A stretch of DNA of 64,000 nucleotides from Candidatus Woesearchaeota archaeon (GTDB taxonomy: Archaea; Nanobdellota; Nanobdellia; Woesearchaeales; UBA525): positions 192,598-256,597 of the forward strand of contig JAPPOH010000001.1 of NCBI GenBank assembly GCA_028818155.1. The letters run 5' to 3'. This document shows, piece by piece, positions 36,173 through 43,698 of this stretch. A program made the position numbers and the translations under genes. Below the pieces are notes generated by a model. The model made no database searches. It was not told the origin of the DNA and saw only the letters and a program-made list of their open reading frames with translations. Every line of letters starts with the position of its first letter. Position 1 is the stretch's first letter.

Positions 36173-37162
36173 ATGAAGCACACCGCCGTTGCGCTCTACG
36201 CATTCATGCTGCTCTTCGGCTACTTGAGCTACCTCGTCTTGCAGCCATTTCTCACGTACGTGATCCTCGCATTACTGTTCGCAGTGCTCTTTCACCCGAT
36301 CTACCATATCTTGCAACCGAGGATGCCGAAGCGCATCGCAACACTTGTTGTCTTGTTGATTGTTCTCCTGTGTATTGTCCTCCCGAGCGCGTACTTTGGC
36401 GCGACGCTCTTCGTTGAACTCTCAGGGGCGTATCAAGCGACACGTGACGCTGGCATCTCCGTCTTCGATCAGACAAGCATTGCGAACTGGATCGCGCAGA
36501 CGTTCGGCGTTGATGTCCGGAGTGAATTGCAGGAGATTATCACGCAAGGCGCAGCGGTCGTGACGAACGCGCTCCCCGGCATTATTACGGGCACGGGCGC
36601 GGTGCTCCTCGGCATGTTCATCATGTTTCTTATTCTGTACTATGCACTGCAGGACGGCCCTGTGTGGTTGCAGCGGGGCATTTCACTCTTACCGCTGAAG
36701 AAGAATCACCGAAAGCAATTGTTTGAGAAAGTCAAAAAAGAAACGCGTGCGCTCCTCTACGGACAGATCGTCACGAGCATTTTCATCGGTGTCCTGAATG
36801 GCTTAGTGTTGTGGGCTGCGGGCATCCCAAACGCGGTCTTCTGGGCATTTCTCATGATTATCATCGGGATCATTCCCGTTGTGGGCGCATTCTTAGTGTA
36901 CATCCCCGCAGGAATCTATTTACTCGTGCAACAGCACTGGATCCCGGGCATCGGGGTGCTTGTACTTTGTACGGCAATTCATCTCTTTATCGATTACATC
37001 GTGCGCCCGAAAATGATTAGTGACGCAGCGCAGATCCACCCTATTTTCGTCATTCTTGGCGCGCTTGGCGGGATAGCGCTCATGGGCGTCGTGGGCTTTT
37101 TAATCGGCCCACTAGTGCTCAGCTTCTTCATTACATTATTGAGCTTTGATTACGAGAACTAA
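36173..37162 (+). CDS. AI-2E family transporter (PerM/UPF0118)
   Basis: YGQIVTSIFIGVLNGLVLWAAGIPNAVFWAFLMIIIGIIPVVGAFLVYIPAG. TATA TTCATAAA at 36143-36150 fits the ATG at 36173 (track start 36164). Confidence 0.75.
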   Translation: MKHTAVALYAFMLLFGYLSYLVLQPFLTYVILALLFAVLFHPIYHILQPRMPKRIATLVVLLIVLLCIVLPSAYFGATLFVELSGAYQATRDAGISVFDQTSIANWIAQTFGVDVRSELQEIITQGAAVVTNALPGIITGTGAVLLGMFIMFLILYYALQDGPVWLQRGISLLPLKKNHRKQLFEKVKKETRALLYGQIVTSIFIGVLNGLVLWAAGIPNAVFWAFLMIIIGIIPVVGAFLVYIPAGIYLLVQQHWIPGIGVLVLCTAIHLFIDYIVRPKMISDAAQIHPIFVILGALGGIALMGVVGFLIGPLVLSFFITLLSFDYEN

Positions 37163-37626
37163 CGAATCTCCACAACTTCAAGATCGAACGTTAAGGTCTT
37201 TCCTGCTAATGGGTGATTCATATCCAACTCCACTTCATCTTTCGTGATCTTCACGACCTTTGCAGGGATTGGTTGTGGTGCTGCAGGATGCTGTAATGCA
37301 AGCATCATTCCTTTCTCGGGCGTAATATCCCCGAGCGTTTTTTTCGGGACTACTTGCCTGAGCTCATCTCGCACGGGACCGTACCCTTCTTCTGGCGGCA
37401 CTTCTATCGTTTTCTTTTCACCAACTTTCATGCCAAGGAACGCCTTCTCAAAACCAGGGATCACCTTATGTTCGCCAACGGCGAATTCTAACGGTTCTTT
37501 CCCTTCTGTGGAGTCGAATGGCTTCCCATCAAGGGTGCCATTATAGTGTACTTTGACGACACTGCCTTCTTTGACAACATCTGATTTCTTTCTCGGTGCA
37601 ACTTTCGTCTTTTTTGTTGGTGCCAT
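37159..37626 (-). CDS. FKBP-type peptidyl-prolyl cis-trans isomerase (short archaeal type with an insert-in-flap)
   Basis: VKVHYNGTLDGKPFDST...LEFAVGEHKVIPGFEKAFLGMKVGEKK...HPLAGKTLTFDLEVVEI. Confidence 0.85.
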   Translation of the reverse strand: MAPTKKTKVAPRKKSDVVKEGSVVKVHYNGTLDGKPFDSTEGKEPLEFAVGEHKVIPGFEKAFLGMKVGEKKTIEVPPEEGYGPVRDELRQVVPKKTLGDITPEKGMMLALQHPAAPQPIPAKVVKITKDEVELDMNHPLAGKTLTFDLEVVEIR

Positions 37627-37669
37627 TACTGAGGATGAACGTTCCTCTGTTTAAGAAGGTTTGTGTGGA

Positions 37670-38047
37670 TTAGTTCGCTACAGTAGCAGACAGAGATGCT
37701 GCAGGGCGAGGCCGATCTCTCACGGCGTAGAGTGAGACTGCGTGCAGTGAGTATCTTCTTCCCCAGACAGTTTGCTTAGTTGCTGGACCACTCGTGAAAC
37801 CGATCGCTCCACCGCTTTCTCTCGCAGCAACAACAGCACCTCCTGCCGAACCACTATTGATGTACGATCTGACGCCTTCTTCAAGCAATTGAAGATTCTC
37901 CCTACCTCTATATCTGATAATTGTTGCAGCTTCAAGTGGTATGAGATTCCCCTCGACGGGATGCATGTGATCAGCATCTGCGTAATTGAGCGGATGCACT
38001 TTTGAATCAGCATGTGCTATTCGAACAAGTCGTAGTTCATCTGCCAT
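37670..38047 (-). CDS. Hypothetical protein (125 aa)
   Basis: TATA (plus-strand TATTTAAA at 38069-38076) is centred 27 nt from the ATG at 38047. Confidence 0.5.
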   Translation of the reverse strand: MADELRLVRIAHADSKVHPLNYADADHMHPVEGNLIPLEAATIIRYRGRENLQLLEEGVRSYINSGSAGGAVVAARESGGAIGFTSGPATKQTVWGRRYSLHAVSLYAVRDRPRPAASLSATVAN

Positions 38048-38108
38048 GCTGCTGTGATTCCCCTCACATATTTAAACGTATCCCTTATCGAGTAGTAGTT
38101 GCCAAACC

Positions 38109-38116
38109 TTTAAATA
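38109..38116 (+). promoter_or_regulatory. TATA box of the thrS leader transcript
   Basis: TTTAAATA, centred about 27-29 nt upstream of the uORF ATG at 38142. Eleven other genes and tRNAs in this window show similar spacing. Confidence 0.6.
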
Positions 38117-38141
38117 GAGCAGTGTGCTTTAGACTTCCAGT

Positions 38142-38177
38142 ATGATTCTCACAACGAGAACCACGACAACGGCGTGA
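38142..38177 (+). CDS. Candidate Thr-rich leader peptide MILTTRTTTTA upstream of thrS
   Basis: ATG ATT CTC ACA ACG AGA ACC ACG ACA ACG GCG TGA. Six Thr in seven consecutive codons. It begins at the predicted transcription start, and its stop lies 22 nt before the thrS ATG. Confidence 0.5.
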   Translation: MILTTRTTTTA

Positions 38178-38199
38178 GGCGCGCCATCTTCTCAACTTC

Positions 38200-40113
38200 A
38201 TGGTGCACGAAATGAACATCCAGATAACACTCCCGGACGGAACAGTACAAACGCACAAGAAAGGCAGCACGCCATTCGACGTCGCGAAGGGCATTTCTGA
38301 TGGACTGGCCAGGGCAACCATCGCCGCAAAAGTGAATGATGAGCTCGTCGACAGAACAAAAAAATTAGAAAAAGATTGCACACTCCAACTCCTCACGCTC
38401 AAAGATGAAGAGGGCATCTATATTCTCCGGCACAGCTGTGCACACACGTGCGCGCAAGCAGTGAAACGACTCTATCCGGAGGCACTCCAGACCATCGGCC
38501 CTGTCATAGAACATGGCTTCTACTTCGACTTTGACAATCTCGACATCTCAGATGAGGATCTACCGAAGATAGAAGCGGAAATGAAAACAATCGTGAAAGA
38601 AAAACACGGCGTCACAAGAAAGGATTACAAAAACGCACAAGAAGCGAAAGCAGACTACAAAAACAACTCCTACAAAATCGACCTCATCGAAGAACACAAG
38701 GAAGAAGGACTCAGCAGGTACGATCAAGGAGAATACCATGACCTCTGTCGAGGACCACACGCACCGGATACGAGCTGGGCGGACGCGTTCACACTCACAC
38801 ACGTCGCGAAAGCATACTGGCGCGGCAAATCTGAGAATAAACAGCTCACACGCATCTACGGGCTCTGCTTCCCTAAGAAGAAAGAATTGAACGCACACAA
38901 GGAAATGCTCGAGCAAGCAAAGAAGCGCGATCACAGAAAACTCGCAAAAGAGCTTGATCTCGTGATGTTTCACGAGCATAGCCCGGGTGCACCGTTCTTC
39001 CTGCCAAAAGGCGCTGTCATGTACGAGCAACTCATGGAGCTGATCAGAGAACTCTATAGAGCACGAGGATACGATGAGGTCATCACGCCACTCATCTACA
39101 ATAAAGAGCTCTTCAAAACATCCGGTCACTGGGACCACTACAGAGAGAACATGTTCCATACAACAGTCGAAGGACAAGAATTCGCGCTCAAGCCGATGAA
39201 CTGCCCGAGCCACTGCCTGCTCTTCCAGCGAGACGCACACAGTTACAGAGATCTACCGCTCCGCATCGCGGATTTCGCACCCTTACACAGGAACGAACTC
39301 TCTGGTACACTTTCAGGGCTCACACGCGTCAGGAAGTTCAGTCAAGATGATGCACACATCTTCTGCGCGCCAGAACAGTTAGAGGAAGAACTCAAAGGCG
39401 TAATGGAGTTCATCGAACATATCTTCACAGAGGTCTTCAAGATGGAATACCACGTGGAATTATCTACGAGACCAGCAAAGTTCATGGGCGAAATAGCACT
39501 CTGGGACCAAGCGGAAGCACAGCTCAAGACGGTCCTTGAGGATTTGCAGATCAAGTATACAGTGAATGAAGGAGATGGCGCGTTCTACGGGCCAAAAATT
39601 GATGTGCATGTGAAAGATGCGATTGGTAGGAGCCATCAATTGAGCACGAACCAAGTGGACTTTCAAATGCCACAACGCTTCAAGTTAGAATATGAAGGCG
39701 CGGACGGCAAGAAACACACACCGGTCATGGTACACAGAGCAATCTTCGGCAGCTTCGAACGATTCTTCGGTATTTTAGTAGAGCACTACGAAGGAAAGTT
39801 CCCCGTATGGCTCTCACCGGAACAAGTTCGTGTCCTCCCCATCGCGGACAGACACGTTGCGCATGCCGCGTTGGTTGTGGAACAATGCAAGCAGGCAGGA
39901 ATTCGAGTGACGTTAGATGATCGCCACCTAACAACAAATAAGAAAGTGCGCGAAGCACAACTGGAGCAAGTGAACTACATTCTTGTTGTCGGCGATAGAG
40001 AAGTAGAGAGTAAGACTGTCAACGTCCGTACGAGAGACAATGAAATTCTCGGGGAGAAACAGGTTGAAGAATTCATAGCTACAGTAACTGCTCTGGTACA
40101 AAGTCGCCAATAA
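38200..40113 (+). CDS. thrS: Threonyl-tRNA synthetase (bacterial/eukaryal-type architecture: TGS, editing and class II core)
   Basis: TGS-like IQITLPDGTVQTHKKGSTPFDVA, editing-domain HSCAH, HRKLAKELDL, class II motifs and the anticodon-binding C-terminus. Alternative ATG at 38212. Confidence 0.95.
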   Translation: MVHEMNIQITLPDGTVQTHKKGSTPFDVAKGISDGLARATIAAKVNDELVDRTKKLEKDCTLQLLTLKDEEGIYILRHSCAHTCAQAVKRLYPEALQTIGPVIEHGFYFDFDNLDISDEDLPKIEAEMKTIVKEKHGVTRKDYKNAQEAKADYKNNSYKIDLIEEHKEEGLSRYDQGEYHDLCRGPHAPDTSWADAFTLTHVAKAYWRGKSENKQLTRIYGLCFPKKKELNAHKEMLEQAKKRDHRKLAKELDLVMFHEHSPGAPFFLPKGAVMYEQLMELIRELYRARGYDEVITPLIYNKELFKTSGHWDHYRENMFHTTVEGQEFALKPMNCPSHCLLFQRDAHSYRDLPLRIADFAPLHRNELSGTLSGLTRVRKFSQDDAHIFCAPEQLEEELKGVMEFIEHIFTEVFKMEYHVELSTRPAKFMGEIALWDQAEAQLKTVLEDLQIKYTVNEGDGAFYGPKIDVHVKDAIGRSHQLSTNQVDFQMPQRFKLEYEGADGKKHTPVMVHRAIFGSFERFFGILVEHYEGKFPVWLSPEQVRVLPIADRHVAHAALVVEQCKQAGIRVTLDDRHLTTNKKVREAQLEQVNYILVVGDREVESKTVNVRTRDNEILGEKQVEEFIATVTALVQSRQ

Positions 40114-40792
40114 GTTCTTCATACACGCTTGGTTGCCAACCATTCTTTAAGAGGAAGTCAAGGTCTTTGAGCGCACGTGCAAACGTGCCGTACGTGATAT
40201 CGTCTGGGTGGAGTGCGAAACGGATAATGCCTTCTTTTTTGAACGTGGTTCTGAGATGTGATGTATATGCGAGGAGTGTGCTGAAGTATTTTCCGCCAGA
40301 GTATATGATGGGAACGGCAGGGAATTTTTTCTCGAAGTAATCGATCCCTCTTTTATCTGCGTAGTACTTGAAGTATTTTTCAAGAAGTTTCTTGTGACGT
40401 TTCGAATAGACCCAGTACGGAGGGACAAAGCCCCTTGGCTCGATGTTGAACGCTTTCTTGAGTGACGCAAGCCCAAGCTTGAGCTTTCGGTCGATCGCGG
40501 CAGCCTCAATACCGCTGAACTCAGGACCTTTATTGAGATCAAGCGCCTCGTAGAACGCGTTCTTCTTCCTTGGCTTGTGCTCATACCCGTGCAGGACGAT
40601 CGTCCCGGGCTGTTTCTTCACGAGATTGATGAACTCGGTGTTTCGTTCGATGGGTGCTTTCCCATGCCAATTCGGCGTGACGAGAATATTGAACGCTTTG
40701 ATGTTTCGTTTCGCAAGTTCTTCGAAGATCTGTCTGCATTCTTCCATGAACTTCGGGGTGACGTCGTGGACAGTAAGAAAGAGTCGTTGCAA
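40079..40792 (-). CDS. DUF2334-type predicted polysaccharide deacetylase-like protein
   Basis: LTVHDVTPKF...NILVTPNWHGKAPI...IVLHGYEH matches the DUF2334 pattern. Its 3' end overlaps the thrS 3' end by 35 nt (convergent). Confidence 0.6.
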   Translation of the reverse strand: MQRLFLTVHDVTPKFMEECRQIFEELAKRNIKAFNILVTPNWHGKAPIERNTEFINLVKKQPGTIVLHGYEHKPRKKNAFYEALDLNKGPEFSGIEAAAIDRKLKLGLASLKKAFNIEPRGFVPPYWVYSKRHKKLLEKYFKYYADKRGIDYFEKKFPAVPIIYSGGKYFSTLLAYTSHLRTTFKKEGIIRFALHPDDITYGTFARALKDLDFLLKNGWQPSVYEELIGDFVPEQLL

Positions 40793-40832
40793 AGCAGTTC
40801 ACCTATTTGTGGACACACTCATACTGAATGTG

Positions 40833-41021
40833 TTATGCCTCTGGAAGTTCGTCTTCGTCGAGTTCCTCTTCGAGTTCCTCGTCTTCTTCATCCGAGTCGT
40901 ACCCTTCCATAAAGGCACCTTCTTCTGGGCTAATCTCGTCGTTCTCCTCGAGCGCTTCACGAGCCTCGTGCCCGTAGACATTCACTTCGTGTTCCTCGTC
41001 GGGGAAATCCTCGTAGCTCAT
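40833..41021 (-). CDS. Small highly acidic protein (62 aa)
   Basis: MSYEDFPDEEHEV...DSDEEDEELEEELDEDELPEA. TATA (plus-strand TATTTAAG at 41044-41051) fits a leaderless ATG at 41021 rather than the track start at 41030. Confidence 0.45.
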   Translation of the reverse strand: MSYEDFPDEEHEVNVYGHEAREALEENDEISPEEGAFMEGYDSDEEDEELEEELDEDELPEA

Positions 41022-41088
41022 ACTCTGCATCCCGTTCTGACCGTATTTAAGGGTTTCCCCTTATGTTTGAGCAGAAATGCACGAGAGT

Positions 41089-41119
41089 GCGCGTTTTTTA
41101 TGAGAAAGTAGTTAAAGAA
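41089..41119 (+). repeat. 31-nt promoter module, copy 1
   Basis: GCGCGTTTTTTATGAGAAAGTAGTTAAAGAA is identical to 41924-41954. It contains TATA-like GTTAAAGA about 24 nt before the ATG at 41138. Confidence 0.85.
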
Positions 41120-41137
41120 AAGGAGGATTCTCTGCGC

Positions 41138-41533
41138 ATGGCCTACGAAAGGTACAGCGGGAAACCAATCCTCATTTATGAGCCTGATGCAGCAAAAATC
41201 GACGGTGTAATGGAGCAAATTGCAGCACTAGGAGGGGAGCATGGACATATTAATGCATTCTTTTGCCAGAGTCCTATTGCTGTTCGACGAGCATGGAATC
41301 TCAAGCCGGATGTGATTTACGCAGGAGCAAGCAATGCAGATGACGTTTCGAGAATAAAAGAAATGCTCTATCATTCACCTGAATCAACAGTGATTGCATT
41401 CGCAGAACGTGGCTTGGTAACGAGTATGTTCGAGAGTACAAACATCACTGTTTTTCGGCGAGATGATATGGGGCGTTCACTTCAACGGGCATTCGTCCCT
41501 GCAAAAAGCGAGGTGCATGCAAATGGGAAGTAG
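41138..41533 (+). CDS. Hypothetical small protein, possibly a degenerate receiver-like alpha/beta fold
   Basis: KPILIYEPD...PDVIYAG...TVIAFAE shows alternating beta-alpha character. No phospho-acceptor Asp is evident. Confidence 0.4.
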   Translation: MAYERYSGKPILIYEPDAAKIDGVMEQIAALGGEHGHINAFFCQSPIAVRRAWNLKPDVIYAGASNADDVSRIKEMLYHSPESTVIAFAERGLVTSMFESTNITVFRRDDMGRSLQRAFVPAKSEVHANGK

Positions 41534-41924
41534 CGAGTACGTTGATTTTGGCGCAAGAAAACCGAACGTTGTTGTGTATGAATCGCTCGATGATAATCAC
41601 GATCCTAAGAGAGGCATATGGCCTTCTCTTTTGCACAGCGGCTTAGCAGGGGATTTTGATGTTGAGATCTATAGTAGCGTAGAGCGTCTCACTCAGCGCA
41701 TCAACGCATCCAGAATGTACCCTGATGTCGTTGCGTGTAGGGTGCGGACGGATGAAGAATTTGATACATTGCGCGATCTTACGTTCATGACTGACATCCC
41801 TTTTGTTGGTTTCGTTGACACACTGAACTCGAAGTTATCTGCTCGAGTGCAAACAAGAATGAAGGTGCAATCGGTAAAACATGGCTTGCCCGCGGATGAA
41901 GTGCGAGCGATGCTCGGCAGATAG
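41517..41924 (+). CDS. Hypothetical small protein, possibly a degenerate receiver-like fold
   Basis: NVVVYESLDD...PDVVACRV...IPFVGFVD. Overlaps the upstream gene by 17 nt. Confidence 0.4.
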   Translation: MQMGSSEYVDFGARKPNVVVYESLDDNHDPKRGIWPSLLHSGLAGDFDVEIYSSVERLTQRINASRMYPDVVACRVRTDEEFDTLRDLTFMTDIPFVGFVDTLNSKLSARVQTRMKVQSVKHGLPADEVRAMLGR

Positions 41925-41954
41925 CGCGTTTTTTATGAGAAAGTAGTTAAAGAA
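41924..41954 (+). repeat. 31-nt promoter module, copy 2
   Basis: Identical to 41089-41119. It begins at the last base of the stop codon of the preceding gene and ends 19 nt before the ATG at 41973. Confidence 0.85.
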
Positions 41955-41972
41955 GAGAGGGGTTCTTCGTGT

Positions 41973-42374
41973 ATGCCTCAAGATCCACAGCGAAACATTG
42001 CGCTTGTTGGCCTCGGCTATGTTGTTGGGCCTGTTGCAGAGCGACTCACTAGTTTAGGATTCGAAAACGTTCATGGCTGTCGACCTGAATCATATAAGCC
42101 AGAACATGCTGAGCAGGACTTGCTTGTGCACATCTACATGCGAGAAGGTCGTTCTTCAGATGCGGGACCTTTACGTACAAGATTTGATCAAGCAGGAGGG
42201 AACCCAGCACATGCGCTCACCGTTCTCTACGATCAGCTTGATGGAAAATCTGGAATGGATTGTAGTACATTTGTGGATGAAATCGCGGCGGACGTTGAGA
42301 AAAAAATCACGAACGAAGGGTTACCAGAACCAATACGTCGCCCTACCGCACCACGACTGTTTTCGCATTCATAA
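41973..42374 (+). CDS. Hypothetical small protein
   Basis: NIALVGLGYVVGPVAERL is a Rossmann/receiver-like N-terminus. Its 3' end overlaps the convergent dehydrogenase gene by 32 nt. Confidence 0.4.
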   Translation: MPQDPQRNIALVGLGYVVGPVAERLTSLGFENVHGCRPESYKPEHAEQDLLVHIYMREGRSSDAGPLRTRFDQAGGNPAHALTVLYDQLDGKSGMDCSTFVDEIAADVEKKITNEGLPEPIRRPTAPRLFSHS

Positions 42375-43698
42375 ACTCGCGAATCCCTTCTTCGCTGAGT
42401 TCTCGGCCGTACCCTGATTCTTTCACGCCACCGAATGGCATTCTCGGATCTGATTTCACGAAATCGTTCACAAAAACGGCGCCTGCTTCGATCTGTCGCG
42501 CAACGTTCTCTGCTCTACCAATATCTTCTGAAAAGACTGCTGCACCAAGACCAAAAACAGAGTCATTCGCAACGGCAATTGCTTCTGCTTCATCCTTGAC
42601 CGTAATAATACTCGCGACAGGGCCGAAGAACTCTTCTTCGTACGCAGGATTGCCTTTCTGGACGTTATCCAAGACAGTTGCAGGGTAGAACGCGCCAGGA
42701 TTGTCTGGCACTTCACCACCTAACAGTATCTTTGCGCCTGCTGCTATACTTCGTTCCACTTGGTCGTGGAGTTCATCTCGGAGATCGTGTCGTGACATGG
42801 GTCCGAGCCTTGTGTTCTTGTCGCTTGGATCGCCAACGGGAATGTGCATTGCTTTGACGAACGCATCCGTGAATTGTTCTTTGACGGATTCCACAACGAT
42901 GAGTCGTTTTGCGCAGATGCACGCCTGTCCTGCATTCAGTAGTCGCGAAATCGCAGAGGTTGCTGCGGCTGTTGCGATGTCCGCGTCCTCTAATATGATA
43001 TAGGGGTCACTCCCTCCTAATTCTAACACTGTTTTCTTTAATACAGCGCCTGCTTTGCTCGCAACCGCCTTCCCTGCGGGCGTACTCCCTGTGAGGGTTG
43101 CTGCTCGCACGTGCGGGTGCTCGAGAACCGCGTTCACCTTTCGTGCGCCGATCATGAGTGTTCTGAAAACGTTCTTGGGAAAGCCTGCCTCTTTGAACAC
43201 GGATTCAATTGCGAGCGCACAGCCCGGGACGTTGGATGCATGCTTTAAGACACCGCAGTTCCCTCCCATGATGTTGGGGGCTGCGAACCTGAAGACTTGC
43301 CAGAAGGGGTAGTTCCATGGCATGACTGCCAGCACAATCCCGATTGGTTGGTAGGAGACGTAACTTTTGCTCGCGTCCGTCTCGCGGAGTTCATCTGCTA
43401 GAAACTGTTCTGCATTCTCAGCATAATATTCGCAGACCCACGCGCACTTTTCAACTTCTGCAACGCCATCGCCGAGCAATTTGCCCATTTCGTCTGTCAT
43501 GAGTTGCGCGTATTGCTCTTTGTTTGCTCGCAGGACCTCCGCGGCTTTTTTCATGAGGGTTGCCCGTTCAGCAAAGGGAACGGTCTTCCATGATTGCCAC
43601 GCAGTGTGCACATCATCAACGATCTGTTTCGCTTCGTCTGGCGTGTGTTCTTGGTATTCTTTTCCTTGTTCGCCAGTTGTTGGGTTACGAGCTTTCAT
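42343..43698 (-). CDS. sad: NAD(P)+-dependent succinate-semialdehyde dehydrogenase (YneI/Sad-like aldehyde dehydrogenase)
   Basis: NPTTGEQ, MPWNYPFWQVFRFAAPNIMGGN, LELGGSDPYIILEDAD, GQACICAKR (catalytic Cys), GPMSRHDLRDELHDQV and FGGVKESGYGRELS closely track the E. coli YneI blocks as I recall them. Confidence 0.85.
   Translation of the reverse strand: MKARNPTTGEQGKEYQEHTPDEAKQIVDDVHTAWQSWKTVPFAERATLMKKAAEVLRANKEQYAQLMTDEMGKLLGDGVAEVEKCAWVCEYYAENAEQFLADELRETDASKSYVSYQPIGIVLAVMPWNYPFWQVFRFAAPNIMGGNCGVLKHASNVPGCALAIESVFKEAGFPKNVFRTLMIGARKVNAVLEHPHVRAATLTGSTPAGKAVASKAGAVLKKTVLELGGSDPYIILEDADIATAAATSAISRLLNAGQACICAKRLIVVESVKEQFTDAFVKAMHIPVGDPSDKNTRLGPMSRHDLRDELHDQVERSIAAGAKILLGGEVPDNPGAFYPATVLDNVQKGNPAYEEEFFGPVASIITVKDEAEAIAVANDSVFGLGAAVFSEDIGRAENVARQIEAGAVFVNDFVKSDPRMPFGGVKESGYGRELSEEGIREFMNAKTVVVR

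Noticed and set aside
38117-38199. T-box riboswitch or E. coli-type thrS operator (tRNA-Thr anticodon-arm mimic) in the thrS leader
   Set aside because: The leader is only about 60 nt, lacks the conserved T-box sequence and specifier-loop architecture, and I found no ACC/UGU anticodon-loop mimic hairpin. The uORF interpretation fits better.
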